Position numbers and translations under genes: made by a program. From the sequence record MT446416.1: a DNA stretch of 64,000 nt; one strand, 5' to 3'. Of this stretch, positions 9,356 to 19,197 are shown in pieces. The stretch's first letter is position 1. Every line of letters begins with the position of its first letter. The notes beneath the pieces are model-generated. The model was not told the DNA's origin, did no database searches, and worked only from the letters and a program-made list of their open reading frames with translations. The DNA comes from Escherichia virus TH47.

Positions 9356-9622
9356 TTATTTGAATTGGACTGTAATTTTATCACCTTCAACTACGAACTT
9401 ACAGTCGTAGCGACGGGCCATATCCATATACATATGCTCAGAATACCACGGAACATCAATATCAGGATGCTCTGCGTATTGTAGCACTTCACGGTCACCA
9501 ACAGTAGTGATGACGAAAGGAATGTTCATCTCTCGCAAAAACAACTCAGCACCTGGTGAACGATTGACAAACTCAGTGTCGTTACGCAAAGTAAAACCAT
9601 TGTATTGTAATTTAAGCTTCAT
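9356..9622 (-). CDS. hypothetical protein (88 aa)
   Basis: ORF in gene series. Confidence 0.5.
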   Translation of the reverse strand: MKLKLQYNGFTLRNDTEFVNRSPGAELFLREMNIPFVITTVGDREVLQYAEHPDIDVPWYSEHMYMDMARRYDCKFVVEGDKITVQFK

Positions 9623-9636
9623 GATTATCCTCTAAG

Positions 9637-9993
9637 TTAATACCATTCTTTTAAACCATCAAGTTCGGCTATGTGAGTAATTATAACACAGATCACACTG
9701 AGGTCAAGCATTATTTGCTCATAATTTAATTTTATTCTATCATCATTGTATGCTCTAAAAACAACATCAAAGTCGAAGTAGTTATCGTTTTCATCATTCA
9801 TTGGAATGATTCTATATCTACGCCTACCATCATCATTGAATACAGTTAAACACTGTTTAAATTTCTTCATTATCTGTGTATTCAATGCATTGTAATATGC
9901 AACATCATATTGTGTACAACGTGGGTCATTGGGTAGATAAAACGATACAAATTTTTTTAATTCTATTTGAGTCTTATCCATATACAGCCTCAT
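9637..9993 (-). CDS. hypothetical protein (118 aa)
   Basis: ORF in gene series. Confidence 0.5.
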   Translation of the reverse strand: MRLYMDKTQIELKKFVSFYLPNDPRCTQYDVAYYNALNTQIMKKFKQCLTVFNDDGRRRYRIIPMNDENDNYFDFDVVFRAYNDDRIKLNYEQIMLDLSVICVIITHIAELDGLKEWY

Positions 9994-10414
9994 GTATTAC
10001 TCTTTTACTTTGGCGGTACTCATCCTTTGCTTCTTTCACTGACATGATACGAACCAGTTTAGCACTACCACAATAGTACTGAACCTGACTACGACCAATG
10101 TCAACATGATTATCAGGAACTTCATATACTGATACAGCAAACCCTGCACGATGTAATTTACCCAAGTCCATAGTAAAGAACTTAAACAAATCATTCAAAC
10201 TCTGACAGCCAAATGCCCAGCCACGTTTGATTGAATAGATTCCATCTTCAGTTGGTTCTGGTTGGAATTGCGAAGGCGTGGTCATGCACAAACGGTCAAA
10301 TCCATTTTTAGTACTGTATCGTGAAGAGTACCGTGCGAACGGACCTACTGTTTTTGCTGGATCTAAGTTAGGTTCAATATAACTGAATTTAAGTTCAAAA
10401 CGATATACGTACAT
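9974..10414 (-). CDS. hypothetical protein (146 aa)
   Basis: ORF in gene series. Confidence 0.5.
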   Translation of the reverse strand: MYVYRFELKFSYIEPNLDPAKTVGPFARYSSRYSTKNGFDRLCMTTPSQFQPEPTEDGIYSIKRGWAFGCQSLNDLFKFFTMDLGKLHRAGFAVSVYEVPDNHVDIGRSQVQYYCGSAKLVRIMSVKEAKDEYRQSKRVIHEAVYG

Positions 10415-10451
10415 AATTAAAATCCCCAGTATTTGATGAAATAATTATAAC

Positions 10452-10484
10452 AAAAAAGGCTGACCGAAGTCAACCTTTATTTTG
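10452..10484 (-). terminator. rho-independent terminator, conserved hairpin overlapping the stop codon of 10470..10691
   Basis: caaaaaaggctgaccgaagtcaacctttatttt; the TGA stop of the upstream gene lies in the stem. Confidence 0.5.
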
Positions 10485-10691
10485 AAGTTCTTGAACTAAT
10501 TGTCGTACTTCTTTGATGTTATGACACTGCTTTACAGTGAAGTAATCATACTTACGACCATAGGTTCTTGGGTCATCACCTTCCATATACTGCTGCACAT
10601 CAAAGATTTGTAAGTAGGGATGCTGCATAACACGAATGTTATCACATTGATAAATCAACATATGTTTAGTCCTCATATTTACACAAGCCAC
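10470..10691 (-). CDS. hypothetical protein (73 aa)
   Basis: ORF ending ...LQNKG; stop inside terminator stem. Confidence 0.45.
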   Translation of the reverse strand: MACVNMRTKHMLIYQCDNIRVMQHPYLQIFDVQQYMEGDDPRTYGRKYDYFTVKQCHNIKEVRQLVQELQNKG

Positions 10692-11016
10692 CGAATGTTG
10701 CCTGTTTTGCTGCCTTACGCATCATCACAAGTTTAACATACTGTTCGCCATTACTTTCTTCATATACATCAACTTGAAGAAATGCAAGCATATTGGGATC
10801 AGTATCATTCGAGTACTGCGTAAAACTAATGTCACCTACAGTATGTTCTTTAACAAAATTATACACTTCACCGTCGATATAAACGATAGTATGGTCATCG
10901 CTATCACCTTGGTAAATGTGTTTAATATCACCTTCAGTACAGACTAGTCCAGGTAATGGTTCTGCATAAGACATACCACACACAATCATACAAACAAAAA
11001 ACAAAATTACTTTCAT
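10666..11016 (-). CDS. secreted protein (116 aa)
   Basis: Signal-like N-terminus MKVILFFVCMIVCGMSYAEP. Confidence 0.5.
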   Translation of the reverse strand: MKVILFFVCMIVCGMSYAEPLPGLVCTEGDIKHIYQGDSDDHTIVYIDGEVYNFVKEHTVGDISFTQYSNDTDPNMLAFLQVDVYEESNGEQYVKLVMMRKAAKQATFGGLCKYED

Positions 11017-11396
11017 GATTTGTTTCCTTTGGATAAAATTGATTTCTTCACTTTGTACTGCTTGTAGTTATTATACCAAACATCGGTTACATAAATCAAG
11101 TACCAAAGTGATGGATATAATGCTAGACCAATAAAAACTGAAAAAATACTTGTATTAATAAAATCAATACAGTACAGTGTAAATGCAAAGATTAGAATAC
11201 CAATGGTAATCATACTAGCTGTATATGGTACACTATCAGATGCAAACCATGAATCAATCTTACTAATTAAAGTATACTTTCCAGTACTAACAGCATAAAC
11301 AATTGCTACTATACCAAATAATGCCATTGAAATAGTTATTACTGAGTTAATAAGAATCGGAGTAATTAATACATAAAGCATTACATCGTTTATCAT
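11013..11396 (-). CDS. multi-pass membrane protein (127 aa)
   Basis: Several hydrophobic segments. Confidence 0.5.
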   Translation of the reverse strand: MINDVMLYVLITPILINSVITISMALFGIVAIVYAVSTGKYTLISKIDSWFASDSVPYTASMITIGILIFAFTLYCIDFINTSIFSVFIGLALYPSLWYLIYVTDVWYNNYKQYKVKKSILSKGNKS

Positions 11397-11406
11397 TTGT
11401 TATACC

Positions 11407-11772
11407 TTAAAGTTCACAATGAATATTCAATTTATCAATATCCTGATCGCGTTTGTTCGACGAATCTTGATAAATGTCTATGTAAATATCCCCATCCTTT
11501 GTCTTGGGGTCCACTATCAATATTACATTTGCTATTATACCAGCATCTGATTTATATGTCGATACCTTTTTATTCCCAATCAAACTCTCGGCCCTGAAAC
11601 GGTAAACCTCATTATCTACGACAATATTGTTTCCATTTTGTGGGTCATTAGAAAGTACATGCCATGTTCCATCGTTTCCCATACAATCAAGGGAAGCAGG
11701 TACGGCTGTACTGAACCTTGAATAAAGCATGAATACTACAAACACCATTATCATTCTTATATATTTTTTCAT
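11407..11772 (-). CDS. secreted protein (121 aa)
   Basis: Signal-like N-terminus MKKYIRMIMVFVVFMLYSRFSTA. Confidence 0.5.
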   Translation of the reverse strand: MKKYIRMIMVFVVFMLYSRFSTAVPASLDCMGNDGTWHVLSNDPQNGNNIVVDNEVYRFRAESLIGNKKVSTYKSDAGIIANVILIVDPKTKDGDIYIDIYQDSSNKRDQDIDKLNIHCEL

Positions 11773-11850
11773 TATAACCTCTAACGAGTAATACTTCTAT
11801 ACAAATAATATGTACAGAAGTATTTAATACTATTAGAGAATTTTTGAACG

Positions 11851-12177
11851 TTACTTCTTGCTAGTTAGTTTTTCTTTCAGGATATCAATCCAAATGGAAA
11901 CTTTACCAGCAAACAATGCATTAGCAAACCATACAATTCCAACAATGTTCTCAACTAAATTCATAATTGAAACAAAAGGTCCAATTGGGAATACAAAACT
12001 TACTAACCATGACAGTACTGAAATAAGTACTACAACAAAGAAGATTCGTGCAATAGGTGAGTCTAGCATAAACAACTCACGAAACTCATCACGCTCGGTT
12101 TCGTCTTTAATGAAGAATTCGAAAACCATAACCAATAACAGAATTAGAGCAGGAATTGAAATTAGAACTGATAACAT
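11851..12177 (-). CDS. membrane protein (108 aa)
   Basis: Hydrophobic segments; preferred over the overlapping plus-strand ORF. Confidence 0.5.
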   Translation of the reverse strand: MLSVLISIPALILLLVMVFEFFIKDETERDEFRELFMLDSPIARIFFVVVLISVLSWLVSFVFPIGPFVSIMNLVENIVGIVWFANALFAGKVSIWIDILKEKLTSKK

Positions 12178-12235
12178 GTTTTATATCCTCAAGTTTAAGT
12201 GTTAAGTTTCAGACTACAAGAACCATTATACAGTA

Positions 12236-12478
12236 CTACGAACGTTTGTCAACATTTGTTTCTTCAATAAGCATAAGATAACTTAACACGAAGAGTAATA
12301 CAGATACAATGTCAATAACGGTGAAGCTTACTGGAATGATAATAGACACTAGAACGAGTGCCACGTTTAGCAAGAATACAGTAGTGATATCTACCAGCTT
12401 TCGTTTAGTGGCTACTGCTACTAGTGTAGGGTAGAACATAAACAATAATGCAACTACAAAACTCAATACTAGATACAT
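12236..12478 (-). CDS. small membrane protein (80 aa)
   Basis: Two hydrophobic segments. Confidence 0.45.
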   Translation of the reverse strand: MYLVLSFVVALLFMFYPTLVAVATKRKLVDITTVFLLNVALVLVSIIIPVSFTVIDIVSVLLFVLSYLMLIEETNVDKRS

Positions 12479-13131
12479 TTCTTTTTCACCTTAAGAAAAT
12501 TATAACATAAAACAACCTCAACATCTGGCTCATCATACAAGTACTCAAAGCGTTCTTTACTACGCTTAGTACCGATGTACTCACCATTCTTATGCCAACG
12601 CCACCCACCACTCTCTGGTTGGTCAGACTTCAGTACTGGATGATAGCACATGACAATTTCTTCTGGACCTTCAATAAGGTTCTTGTACTTCGTCAAAATC
12701 TGTTCAAGCGTATCTGCTACACCATAAGATGGGTGCATAAGATAAGACTCAGGACGTGGACGACCACTTGGCAGAATGTCATCAGTACTATTAAAGATAG
12801 CACGGAAGTCTTCTGACGTGTATAAACTTCCATCTTCATGGATCATTGGATATTCATCCACTACATCATAATCAGTGAAGTGCTCGATGGCATGTTCAGG
12901 TCTGTAACCTGCGAGAATACCTGTATGTTTCGTCTGTACAATAGTCATAACAGATGTACTATTGTTTACATTAGGATCATGAATCTCAGCCCAAAAAGGA
13001 TGATGAGGATCAAATGTAGCATTAACTAAAGTACAATCACCAATGTAGTCGAAATTAGTTTCTTTAAAGTTCAAAGAAACACCACGCAATGCCCAATCAG
13101 GAGAAGTGATGAAATTAAGATTTACTAACAT
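12469..13131 (-). CDS. hypothetical protein (220 aa)
   Basis: Long ORF with globular composition. Confidence 0.55.
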   Translation of the reverse strand: MLVNLNFITSPDWALRGVSLNFKETNFDYIGDCTLVNATFDPHHPFWAEIHDPNVNNSTSVMTIVQTKHTGILAGYRPEHAIEHFTDYDVVDEYPMIHEDGSLYTSEDFRAIFNSTDDILPSGRPRPESYLMHPSYGVADTLEQILTKYKNLIEGPEEIVMCYHPVLKSDQPESGGWRWHKNGEYIGTKRSKERFEYLYDEPDVEVVLCYNFLKVKKKCI

Positions 13132-13164
13132 AGTATCCTCAGTTGCAGTTGTTTTTTGATGTAG

Positions 13165-13377
13165 TTATTGTATCAGAGACGTGTCAATTTGTACAACATT
13201 TATTGTAACTATTTCGTACATATATTCAATTGCATTGAACTCTGCATACCACTCTACAATCTCACAAGCAGCATCAACTTGGTTTTTCGCATTAACACGT
13301 CTGGCATAGGTGCTGCTCATTTTGAATCTACCATATTCATAGACATTGTAGACACCATGACACCACCACATCTTAGT
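13165..13377 (-). CDS. hypothetical protein (about 70 aa; start trimmed to internal Met)
   Basis: The ORF 13165..13488 overlaps 13373..13591 by 116 nt; internal ATG at 13377 gives a typical 1-nt stop/start overlap. Confidence 0.35.
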   Translation of the reverse strand, partial: TKMWWCHGVYNVYEYGRFKMSSTYARRVNAKNQVDAACEIVEWYAEFNAIEYMYEIVTINVVQIDTSLIQ

Positions 13378-13591
13378 CATTAATGCTAGGCCATACAGTG
13401 AATTGTAAGTCTTGGTATTCAAATTTACCAATATCATTCTTCTTACGGAATGATTCTTCAACCTGAATTTCTGCGTCGTACTGACCATCGGCCTTTACTA
13501 CGTACTTAAAATTTTCTACATGTGAAAAACGATACCCTTCTCCGTCTTGCTTGGATACTTGTACTGACCCTTCAACTAGATATAAATTCAT
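13373..13591 (-). CDS. hypothetical protein (72 aa)
   Basis: ORF in gene series. Confidence 0.45.
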   Translation of the reverse strand: MNLYLVEGSVQVSKQDGEGYRFSHVENFKYVVKADGQYDAEIQVEESFRKKNDIGKFEYQDLQFTVWPSIND

Positions 13592-13594
13592 TTG

Positions 13595-13816
13595 TCATTC
13601 TCCATCATATTCTGTGAGTATTACACTATGTACTGTTTCAACATAGCGTTGTGTTTTTGGTGTGTTGTACTTAGTTACTTCATCAAACAATTTAAATAGA
13701 GCATGTGTGGGGCTTAATGCACGAACAAATACATCAATCTTCTGAACTTCTTTCTTATAACCACGTACATTATTAAACTCAGATACATGCTCATAAACAA
13801 TGTAGTAACGATTCAT
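13595..13816 (-). CDS. hypothetical protein (73 aa)
   Basis: ORF in gene series. Confidence 0.45.
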   Translation of the reverse strand: MNRYYIVYEHVSEFNNVRGYKKEVQKIDVFVRALSPTHALFKLFDEVTKYNTPKTQRYVETVHSVILTEYDGE

Positions 13817-14328
13817 ATATTAAGTAGTTCCATAAATTCATCGATCAAGGAAGTTCTAATGCACATAACAAATTCAAAATCAACATCGATAGTATCGAGT
13901 AGTTTGAACAACTTTGGTACATTTGGATCATTCAACTGGAAGTTATGAATCAAGCTCTGTTGAAACACACTTTCTTCAGTACTGTAATCAATAACAAAAT
14001 ATTCAGCTACACCTGGTGGTGAATAAACATCATATAATATCTGACGTTTATTGTGTGTTTCTGAACCAGGACAATATATAAGTTCTATTTCATACGAACC
14101 TGCCGAGGATCTATCATAAAACACAATTTCAGTACTGATTATTTCACTACCATCACTACGTTCATAAAAACATACATCGGCATATCGTTTACCATTGGGC
14201 TTCAAAATCTCATGAGTTGTTTTACCATAACATTTATCAGTTTCAATGTGAATTTTGTCTTGATATTCAGAACGTCTTACATCATTTCCACGATTAAACA
14301 ATAAGATTAACAACTCATTAATATCCAT
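13813..14328 (-). CDS. FQxS-motif paralog family member (171 aa)
   Basis: Contains STEESVFQQSLIHNF near the C-terminus. Confidence 0.5.
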   Translation of the reverse strand: MDINELLILLFNRGNDVRRSEYQDKIHIETDKCYGKTTHEILKPNGKRYADVCFYERSDGSEIISTEIVFYDRSSAGSYEIELIYCPGSETHNKRQILYDVYSPPGVAEYFVIDYSTEESVFQQSLIHNFQLNDPNVPKLFKLLDTIDVDFEFVMCIRTSLIDEFMELLNI

Positions 14329-14582
14329 TATTTCGCCTCAATGACTTTAAGGTTAACGAAATCACCTTTTACTTTCATGCATTTGAATTCAGTGCGAGTT
14401 TCATCCCCACTATCGCGAGGCCAATGAGTAGCAGAGTAGCACTGGTCTGGTGTTTTATATACACCTTCACCAATAGTACGAGTGATTTCACCATTGGTGA
14501 GAACTACTGCGAGATATAAAGTAAACATGATATTCGCCTTAGAATAATTTATTAATAATAGCACCCACCGCAAGAACTGCAA
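14328..14582 (-). CDS. hypothetical protein with hydrophobic N-terminus (84 aa)
   Basis: ORF in gene series. Confidence 0.45.
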   Translation of the reverse strand: MQFLRWVLLLINYSKANIMFTLYLAVVLTNGEITRTIGEGVYKTPDQCYSATHWPRDSGDETRTEFKCMKVKGDFVNLKVIEAK

Positions 14583-14678
14583 TAATTACAGATACCCACA
14601 TTACTGCATTCACTGTACCAGTTAGTTCTTTATCAAACTCCCTGCACTTCTTACGGTACTCTTCCCACTCTTTGTTAT

Positions 14679-14894
14679 TCACACTGCCGCTCCTAATAGG
14701 TCGGTAGCTTTCTTCAGTACTACGTCAATGGTTTCCAGTACTGCACCTTTGTGTTCAATTGATACAATATTATTATAAGTATCAAGGTCCAAGTACTCCA
14801 TATATTCAGTTTTGAATACACGAACATCAGTACTGGTGATTTTAAGATCGCAACCTTTATCCCAGATGACCTGCATCATTTCATTGGTAGTCAT
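14679..14894 (-). CDS. hypothetical protein (71 aa)
   Basis: ORF in gene series. Confidence 0.45.
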   Translation of the reverse strand: MTTNEMMQVIWDKGCDLKITSTDVRVFKTEYMEYLDLDTYNNIVSIEHKGAVLETIDVVLKKATDLLGAAV

Positions 14895-15169
14895 TATTCA
14901 ACCTTATCATAAACAAGTTTGTGTGTACTTATTACTTTGTTGAGGTGTCCTGGACAATCATATACATACAGACGCTCCTGACGTTTTTCCCAACTCCCAC
15001 AAATACGTCCTGCTTGTGTACATATTTCATATTCGTTAATAAAAGACTTACCTGTGAATGTACAATCCTGACGAACTAAGTCTTTTGCACTAAACCTGCC
15101 GTCATCATTACATGCTGTAAGAAACATTGTACAGAATACAAAGACAACAGTCAATAGTTTTTTAATCAT
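14894..15169 (-). CDS. putative lipoprotein (91 aa)
   Basis: Lipobox-like LTAC followed by N-D (Asp at +3). Confidence 0.5.
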   Translation of the reverse strand: MIKKLLTVVFVFCTMFLTACNDDGRFSAKDLVRQDCTFTGKSFINEYEICTQAGRICGSWEKRQERLYVYDCPGHLNKVISTHKLVYDKVE

Positions 15170-15534
15170 TGAACATCACCCCAACGGAAGCCATTCATAT
15201 AATTTAAATTCACCTCAACGAGTTCATGTGTTTTTGTACACCAAATTGACAGAGTTTTTGTAAAATCACCTGGTGAACTTTCATATTTCACACAATATCC
15301 TTCGATACGGAGAACCGAATGAGTCCATAATTCCCACTCAATCCAAATTTCATTTGGGTGATATACAATATCTTCGTTTAACTTGTGATATTCATCCAGT
15401 GGAAGCTGTGTAGTGATATCAATATATTTTACATTTCGACTGAGTTTTTCAAGCTGATATCGTGTATTAGCTAGATATTCTTCGTCATTCAGACGAGTTA
15501 ATAAACCTGCTGCACGGGTTGTATCAAGACTCAT
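15166..15534 (-). CDS. hypothetical protein (122 aa)
   Basis: ORF in gene series. Confidence 0.5.
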   Translation of the reverse strand: MSLDTTRAAGLLTRLNDEEYLANTRYQLEKLSRNVKYIDITTQLPLDEYHKLNEDIVYHPNEIWIEWELWTHSVLRIEGYCVKYESSPGDFTKTLSIWCTKTHELVEVNLNYMNGFRWGDVQ

Positions 15535-15536
15535 TG

Positions 15537-15782
15537 TTATTCTCCATGAACCACAGATGTATCCACGCGAACTGTACCACTCATATAAGACGTAGTAGTG
15601 TTTGCATTAGGGCAATAAACTGTATACAAGGTTACGCCAGAACCATCCTTTTGCATACGATAAATCTTACATCCTGCTTCTTGTAATTCAATAGGGAGAA
15701 TAAAATCACTTGTGCGTTCTTTGGTTGAAGCGTCACATGCAGTGAGTAAAAATGCAACGAGTACTGCTACGATATATTTCAT
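15537..15782 (-). CDS. putative lipoprotein (81 aa)
   Basis: Lipobox-like LTAC followed by Asp at +2. Confidence 0.5.
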   Translation of the reverse strand: MKYIVAVLVAFLLTACDASTKERTSDFILPIELQEAGCKIYRMQKDGSGVTLYTVYCPNANTTTSYMSGTVRVDTSVVHGE

Positions 15783-16090
15783 TAACGAACCTCCACTTCT
15801 TGAGAAAGAGCATGAGTCAGTGCATTTGAATTCGAACCATTCATTTCATGCTGACATACAAACATAATGGCATCTTGTACTGAACCTGCGATTTCATACT
15901 CACGACCTTCAGGATCAGTTACCAGGTGTTCAACGATGCAACCACCACTAAGTACAGAAGCACCAGTACTTACACTAATTCTGTAACCTAAAAAATCAAA
16001 CTGCATACATGCGTCAGTAGGTTTCATCCAATAACCGCTGTTTTGATTCAAATCGATGATTACAAAACCTTGAGTGTTAGTTTGAAACAT
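15782..16090 (-). CDS. hypothetical protein (102 aa)
   Basis: Strong SD ggagg upstream of ATG at 16090. Confidence 0.5.
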   Translation of the reverse strand: MFQTNTQGFVIIDLNQNSGYWMKPTDACMQFDFLGYRISVSTGASVLSGGCIVEHLVTDPEGREYEIAGSVQDAIMFVCQHEMNGSNSNALTHALSQEVEVR

Positions 16091-16183
16091 AGTTAATTCC
16101 TCATTTAATTTAAAAGGGCGGGAACGCAGTGACGAGTACGATTATGCTGTCTTTCCTTTCACTGCATTCCCTTTGATATAAAC

Positions 16184-16211
16184 ATTATACAGTACTGATA
16201 TCTTATGTCAA
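16184..16211 (-). promoter_or_regulatory. sigma70-type promoter (TTGACA-N16-TATAAT) with CAGTACTG in spacer
   Basis: Minus-strand reading ttgacataagatatcagtactgtataat; followed by a long imperfect hairpin (16120..16171) in the leader. Confidence 0.5.
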
Positions 16212-16214
16212 GTA

Positions 16215-16298
16215 TTAATCACCAAAAATCATCAGATACCCAAACCAACCCACACAGACGACTAAGCTAACAATACCAAAGACAATCTCTAAAGTCAT
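16215..16298 (-). CDS. hydrophobic micro-ORF (27 aa), not in the supplied track
   Basis: Hand translation MTLEIVFGIVSLVVCVGWFGYLMIFGD; aaggatg SD-like sequence 5 nt upstream. Confidence 0.3.
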   Translation of the reverse strand: MTLEIVFGIVSLVVCVGWFGYLMIFGD

Positions 16299-16307
16299 GT
16301 TGCATCC

Positions 16308-16508
16308 TTAATCAAGGATTTTATATTCAATATGACCAAAGTATCCAGCCTCAAGGATGCGATTACCATCAGCATCTTCCAAATCCCACCCACGGGATGT
16401 TTCGGCAATAATAGTCATGATGTGACCTTTAGTGAAGGTTCCACTCATAGTGGATACATCCTCAAGTAATTGAACCTTCTTACCAACATTTGTATTTGAT
16501 TTAAACAT
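16308..16508 (-). CDS. hypothetical protein (66 aa)
   Basis: ORF in gene series. Confidence 0.45.
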   Translation of the reverse strand: MFKSNTNVGKKVQLLEDVSTMSGTFTKGHIMTIIAETSRGWDLEDADGNRILEAGYFGHIEYKILD

Positions 16509-16517
16509 ACTTTACCC

Positions 16518-16700
16518 TTATTCGTTGATTACGTCAAGTACTTTGTCCAGTTTCTTACCAATACTATCCTTTGGTTTCTCACCATTCTGGAATACATTAG
16601 TACTGCAATACTCAGGACGGGTATTAGGGAACTTCTCGTTCATCCAGGAGTGACCATATACACCAAGAATGATACCTACGATAAGAATGATGATTTGCAT
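16518..16700 (-). CDS. small membrane protein (60 aa)
   Basis: Hydrophobic N-terminus. Confidence 0.4.
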   Translation of the reverse strand: MQIIILIVGIILGVYGHSWMNEKFPNTRPEYCSTNVFQNGEKPKDSIGKKLDKVLDVINE

Positions 16701-16714
16701 GATATATCCTCTAA

Positions 16715-17509
16715 TTAAATTACATACGGTTTATAGTAATGAATCTCGTTTGCGATTGCAGTGAAGACTTTATTATTAAATCTTTCACCATAATCACGAA
16801 GTGATTCACCTTCTTCGCTTTCAATGAAGTAATTATATACTGGTAGACGTGCGTTGTCAACACCTATAAATGATTTCATGTAAATTTGTACTAAACGATT
16901 CATTCCTTCATTTAAGCATTGCACCTCAAAGTGCTTGATACCTTTGTCTAAATGTTTGAATGCATTAATGATACCACGTTTAAAATCACGCTGCATAGTA
17001 CTGAATAAATTCTCAGGGAACACGGTAATAGGTGACATTGATTTAAGAATGTATGTATCTTTGGCATTCTTAATGTACTCAATAAAGCAGTAGTTAACGT
17101 CCGGCTCAATTGAACGATCCGCGTTATGATACCAGTGTTTAAACTCACTGTACTCAGCAAACTTATGCTGGCGTAATGCGTTACAATCCTCACACAGTGC
17201 AGTTATGTTCTCTTTATCATTACCGCCCTGGAGACAGTCCAGTACATTATGGTCTAACGTCATGCGTACAAGGCGTTTACCTTTAAGTACATAAGGTCTG
17301 AATTTATAACGGTCTTTAGTACTGTGCTTATGTAAAGTGAATACCACATTGGATTCACCACAACAATCACATTTAAAGCCATCACGTGACATTACATGAA
17401 TGAGTTTTCGAGTATTTGGGCCGAACTCAGATTTAGTAATGTTGCCGACAATTTCTGATGGGTCGTAGTATTTTGAATTCCGGCGAATCAATTCATCTAT
17501 AGTGCTCAT
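16715..17509 (-). CDS. HNH endonuclease (264 aa)
   Basis: Cys cluster CDCCGE and HNH-like block DHNVLDCLQGGNDKENITALCEDCN. Confidence 0.6.
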   Translation of the reverse strand: MSTIDELIRRNSKYYDPSEIVGNITKSEFGPNTRKLIHVMSRDGFKCDCCGESNVVFTLHKHSTKDRYKFRPYVLKGKRLVRMTLDHNVLDCLQGGNDKENITALCEDCNALRQHKFAEYSEFKHWYHNADRSIEPDVNYCFIEYIKNAKDTYILKSMSPITVFPENLFSTMQRDFKRGIINAFKHLDKGIKHFEVQCLNEGMNRLVQIYMKSFIGVDNARLPVYNYFIESEEGESLRDYGERFNNKVFTAIANEIHYYKPYVI

Positions 17510-17510
17510 T

Positions 17511-17741
17511 TTACATTAATCCTTCTATGCTACAACCAATAAGTACTTTTTTCACTTCAATAACTCGTACCAAATAGAATCCATTTGAAAAGTTAAAACT
17601 ATACATTTGTACTAAGGCATCTGCTTCAGATTTCGCACGGATACATGATAGATATAGTTCTCGTATATCGCCATCCAACGATGCTTGTTTCTCGTCATTG
17701 ATAACAATAGAACGAATCTCAAAACGAACACCATAACTCAT
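17511..17741 (-). CDS. hypothetical protein (76 aa)
   Basis: ORF in gene series. Confidence 0.4.
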   Translation of the reverse strand: MSYGVRFEIRSIVINDEKQASLDGDIRELYLSCIRAKSEADALVQMYSFNFSNGFYLVRVIEVKKVLIGCSIEGLM

Positions 17742-17947
17742 TCTGTTTGTCCAACAATTAGTTTTTCTTTAGTATTACTATTGTAACACCACATTAATTC
17801 TTCACCAACTGTTCTAAGTGAAACGCTGTTTACTTGTTCATACGTACTGTCACGTACTGCAATGCATTGATTCATTGAATTCATTGGGGTGATTTGTACA
17901 CCAGATTGTGGTGAAAGAGCAATAATTAAAAAGATTACTGAATTCAT
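17738..17947 (-). CDS. hypothetical protein (69 aa)
   Basis: gaggaa SD upstream; preceded by promoter 18012..18040. Confidence 0.45.
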   Translation of the reverse strand: MNSVIFLIIALSPQSGVQITPMNSMNQCIAVRDSTYEQVNSVSLRTVGEELMWCYNSNTKEKLIVGQTE

Positions 17948-18011
17948 TAGATATTCCTCAATGGTTAATCATCCATCTCTTCGAGATGTCTGTTCGCTTC
18001 TAATACTACGT

Positions 18012-18040
18012 ATTCTACGCGAATGAATCATAACTGTCAA
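18012..18040 (-). promoter_or_regulatory. sigma70-type promoter (TTGACA-N17-TAGAAT)
   Basis: Minus-strand reading ttgacagttatgattcattcgcgtagaat upstream of gene 17738..17947. Confidence 0.45.
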
Positions 18041-18552
18041 GGACTTTTAATATTGACGGGATTTGTTGAGGACTTTTTCATCCCCCGCAGGGGAATGATG
18101 GTAAGAAAAAAGAGACAATTAAGTCTCTTCTTGACGCTGATGGCATCGGATTTTATTGTATCGTGAATTTAGGACGGATCTATATTGTAATAAATCAATC
18201 GCAAACGGAAGCGGGTTGCTCTGTTTCTCCCTATCACGGTCATATGCAACGGTCACTGGTCTTTTCATCCCAGCACTCACTTAAAACTCCATACAATCGA
18301 AGTTCAAGCTGTCTTATAATAAGACTCCCTTAGCAAATCTGGTAAGGTGCGATCCTTATATGTCTATCGAGGAACTCTCGGTATGCTTATCGGAGTTCTT
18401 TATACAGCCGCATTGCCGTGAGGGGTTCAAACTATGCCCACATCTAACGGGTTTCTTTTGCTGTTCGTTCTGTAGCACAACTCATCTGCCCTCTACATTT
18501 TCGAGTGGTTCAGGATTATTTTATTCTAAATGAGCTACAGGTTTTTTTTATT

Positions 18553-19197
18553 CTAAATTTTACTTAATGACAAAGTAATACGTCCATTAAGTAAATCATC
18601 GTTTAAAACATCAATTCTACGTTGTAAACCTTTTATTACACCATCTGACACACTATTATTATATTTTTTAATAATATCAGAAAGATGTTCTTTTTTGGCT
18701 AATTGCCATTTTGCATGAGCTTCTTCAGGTGTGGGAAATGCACCCAAATGATATTTTTTCTTATTTTTGTAAATTTGTGCATAATATGGATTTTTGTATT
18801 CAAAACTCATATTTTTTTTAGGTATATGATAACAAACACCAAGTGGTTGATTTTTATTATTTTTGTCAATGATACACATGTTTATTTCATTTGGTACAAA
18901 TGAACACGTTTCAGGAGAATACATTTTTTTATTACCGTCGATTAAATCTTTATCTAATTCATAACCATCTTTGTAATTTGATATATACCATTCTTTAAAT
19001 TTAGAGTATGTTTTCCATTCATCACATATAATAACTCCTATATATGTTTTATGAGTTTCTTGATACTTTTCAGAATAACATCGTTTTATCATATCTTTCC
19101 ATGTATAATAAACTTTACTATAAACACTTTTTTTTGTGGAATCACCTTTAACATCATTGATTCCAAAACCATATACCAATTTCATATTAAATTCCAA
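18553..19197 (-). CDS. free-standing homing-endonuclease-like protein (214 aa), degenerate HNH/AP2-like
   Basis: ELDKDLIDGNKKMYSPETCSFVP resembles an HNH core with the first His replaced; YHLGAFPTPEEAHAKWQLAK resembles an AP2-type DNA-binding segment. Confidence 0.4.
   Translation of the reverse strand: MEFNMKLVYGFGINDVKGDSTKKSVYSKVYYTWKDMIKRCYSEKYQETHKTYIGVIICDEWKTYSKFKEWYISNYKDGYELDKDLIDGNKKMYSPETCSFVPNEINMCIIDKNNKNQPLGVCYHIPKKNMSFEYKNPYYAQIYKNKKKYHLGAFPTPEEAHAKWQLAKKEHLSDIIKKYNNSVSDGVIKGLQRRIDVLNDDLLNGRITLSLSKI

Noticed and set aside
18400-18450. tRNA-like T-arm (gaggggttcaaactatgccc) in the ORF-free region
   Set aside because: No complementary acceptor stem or anticodon arm could be folded
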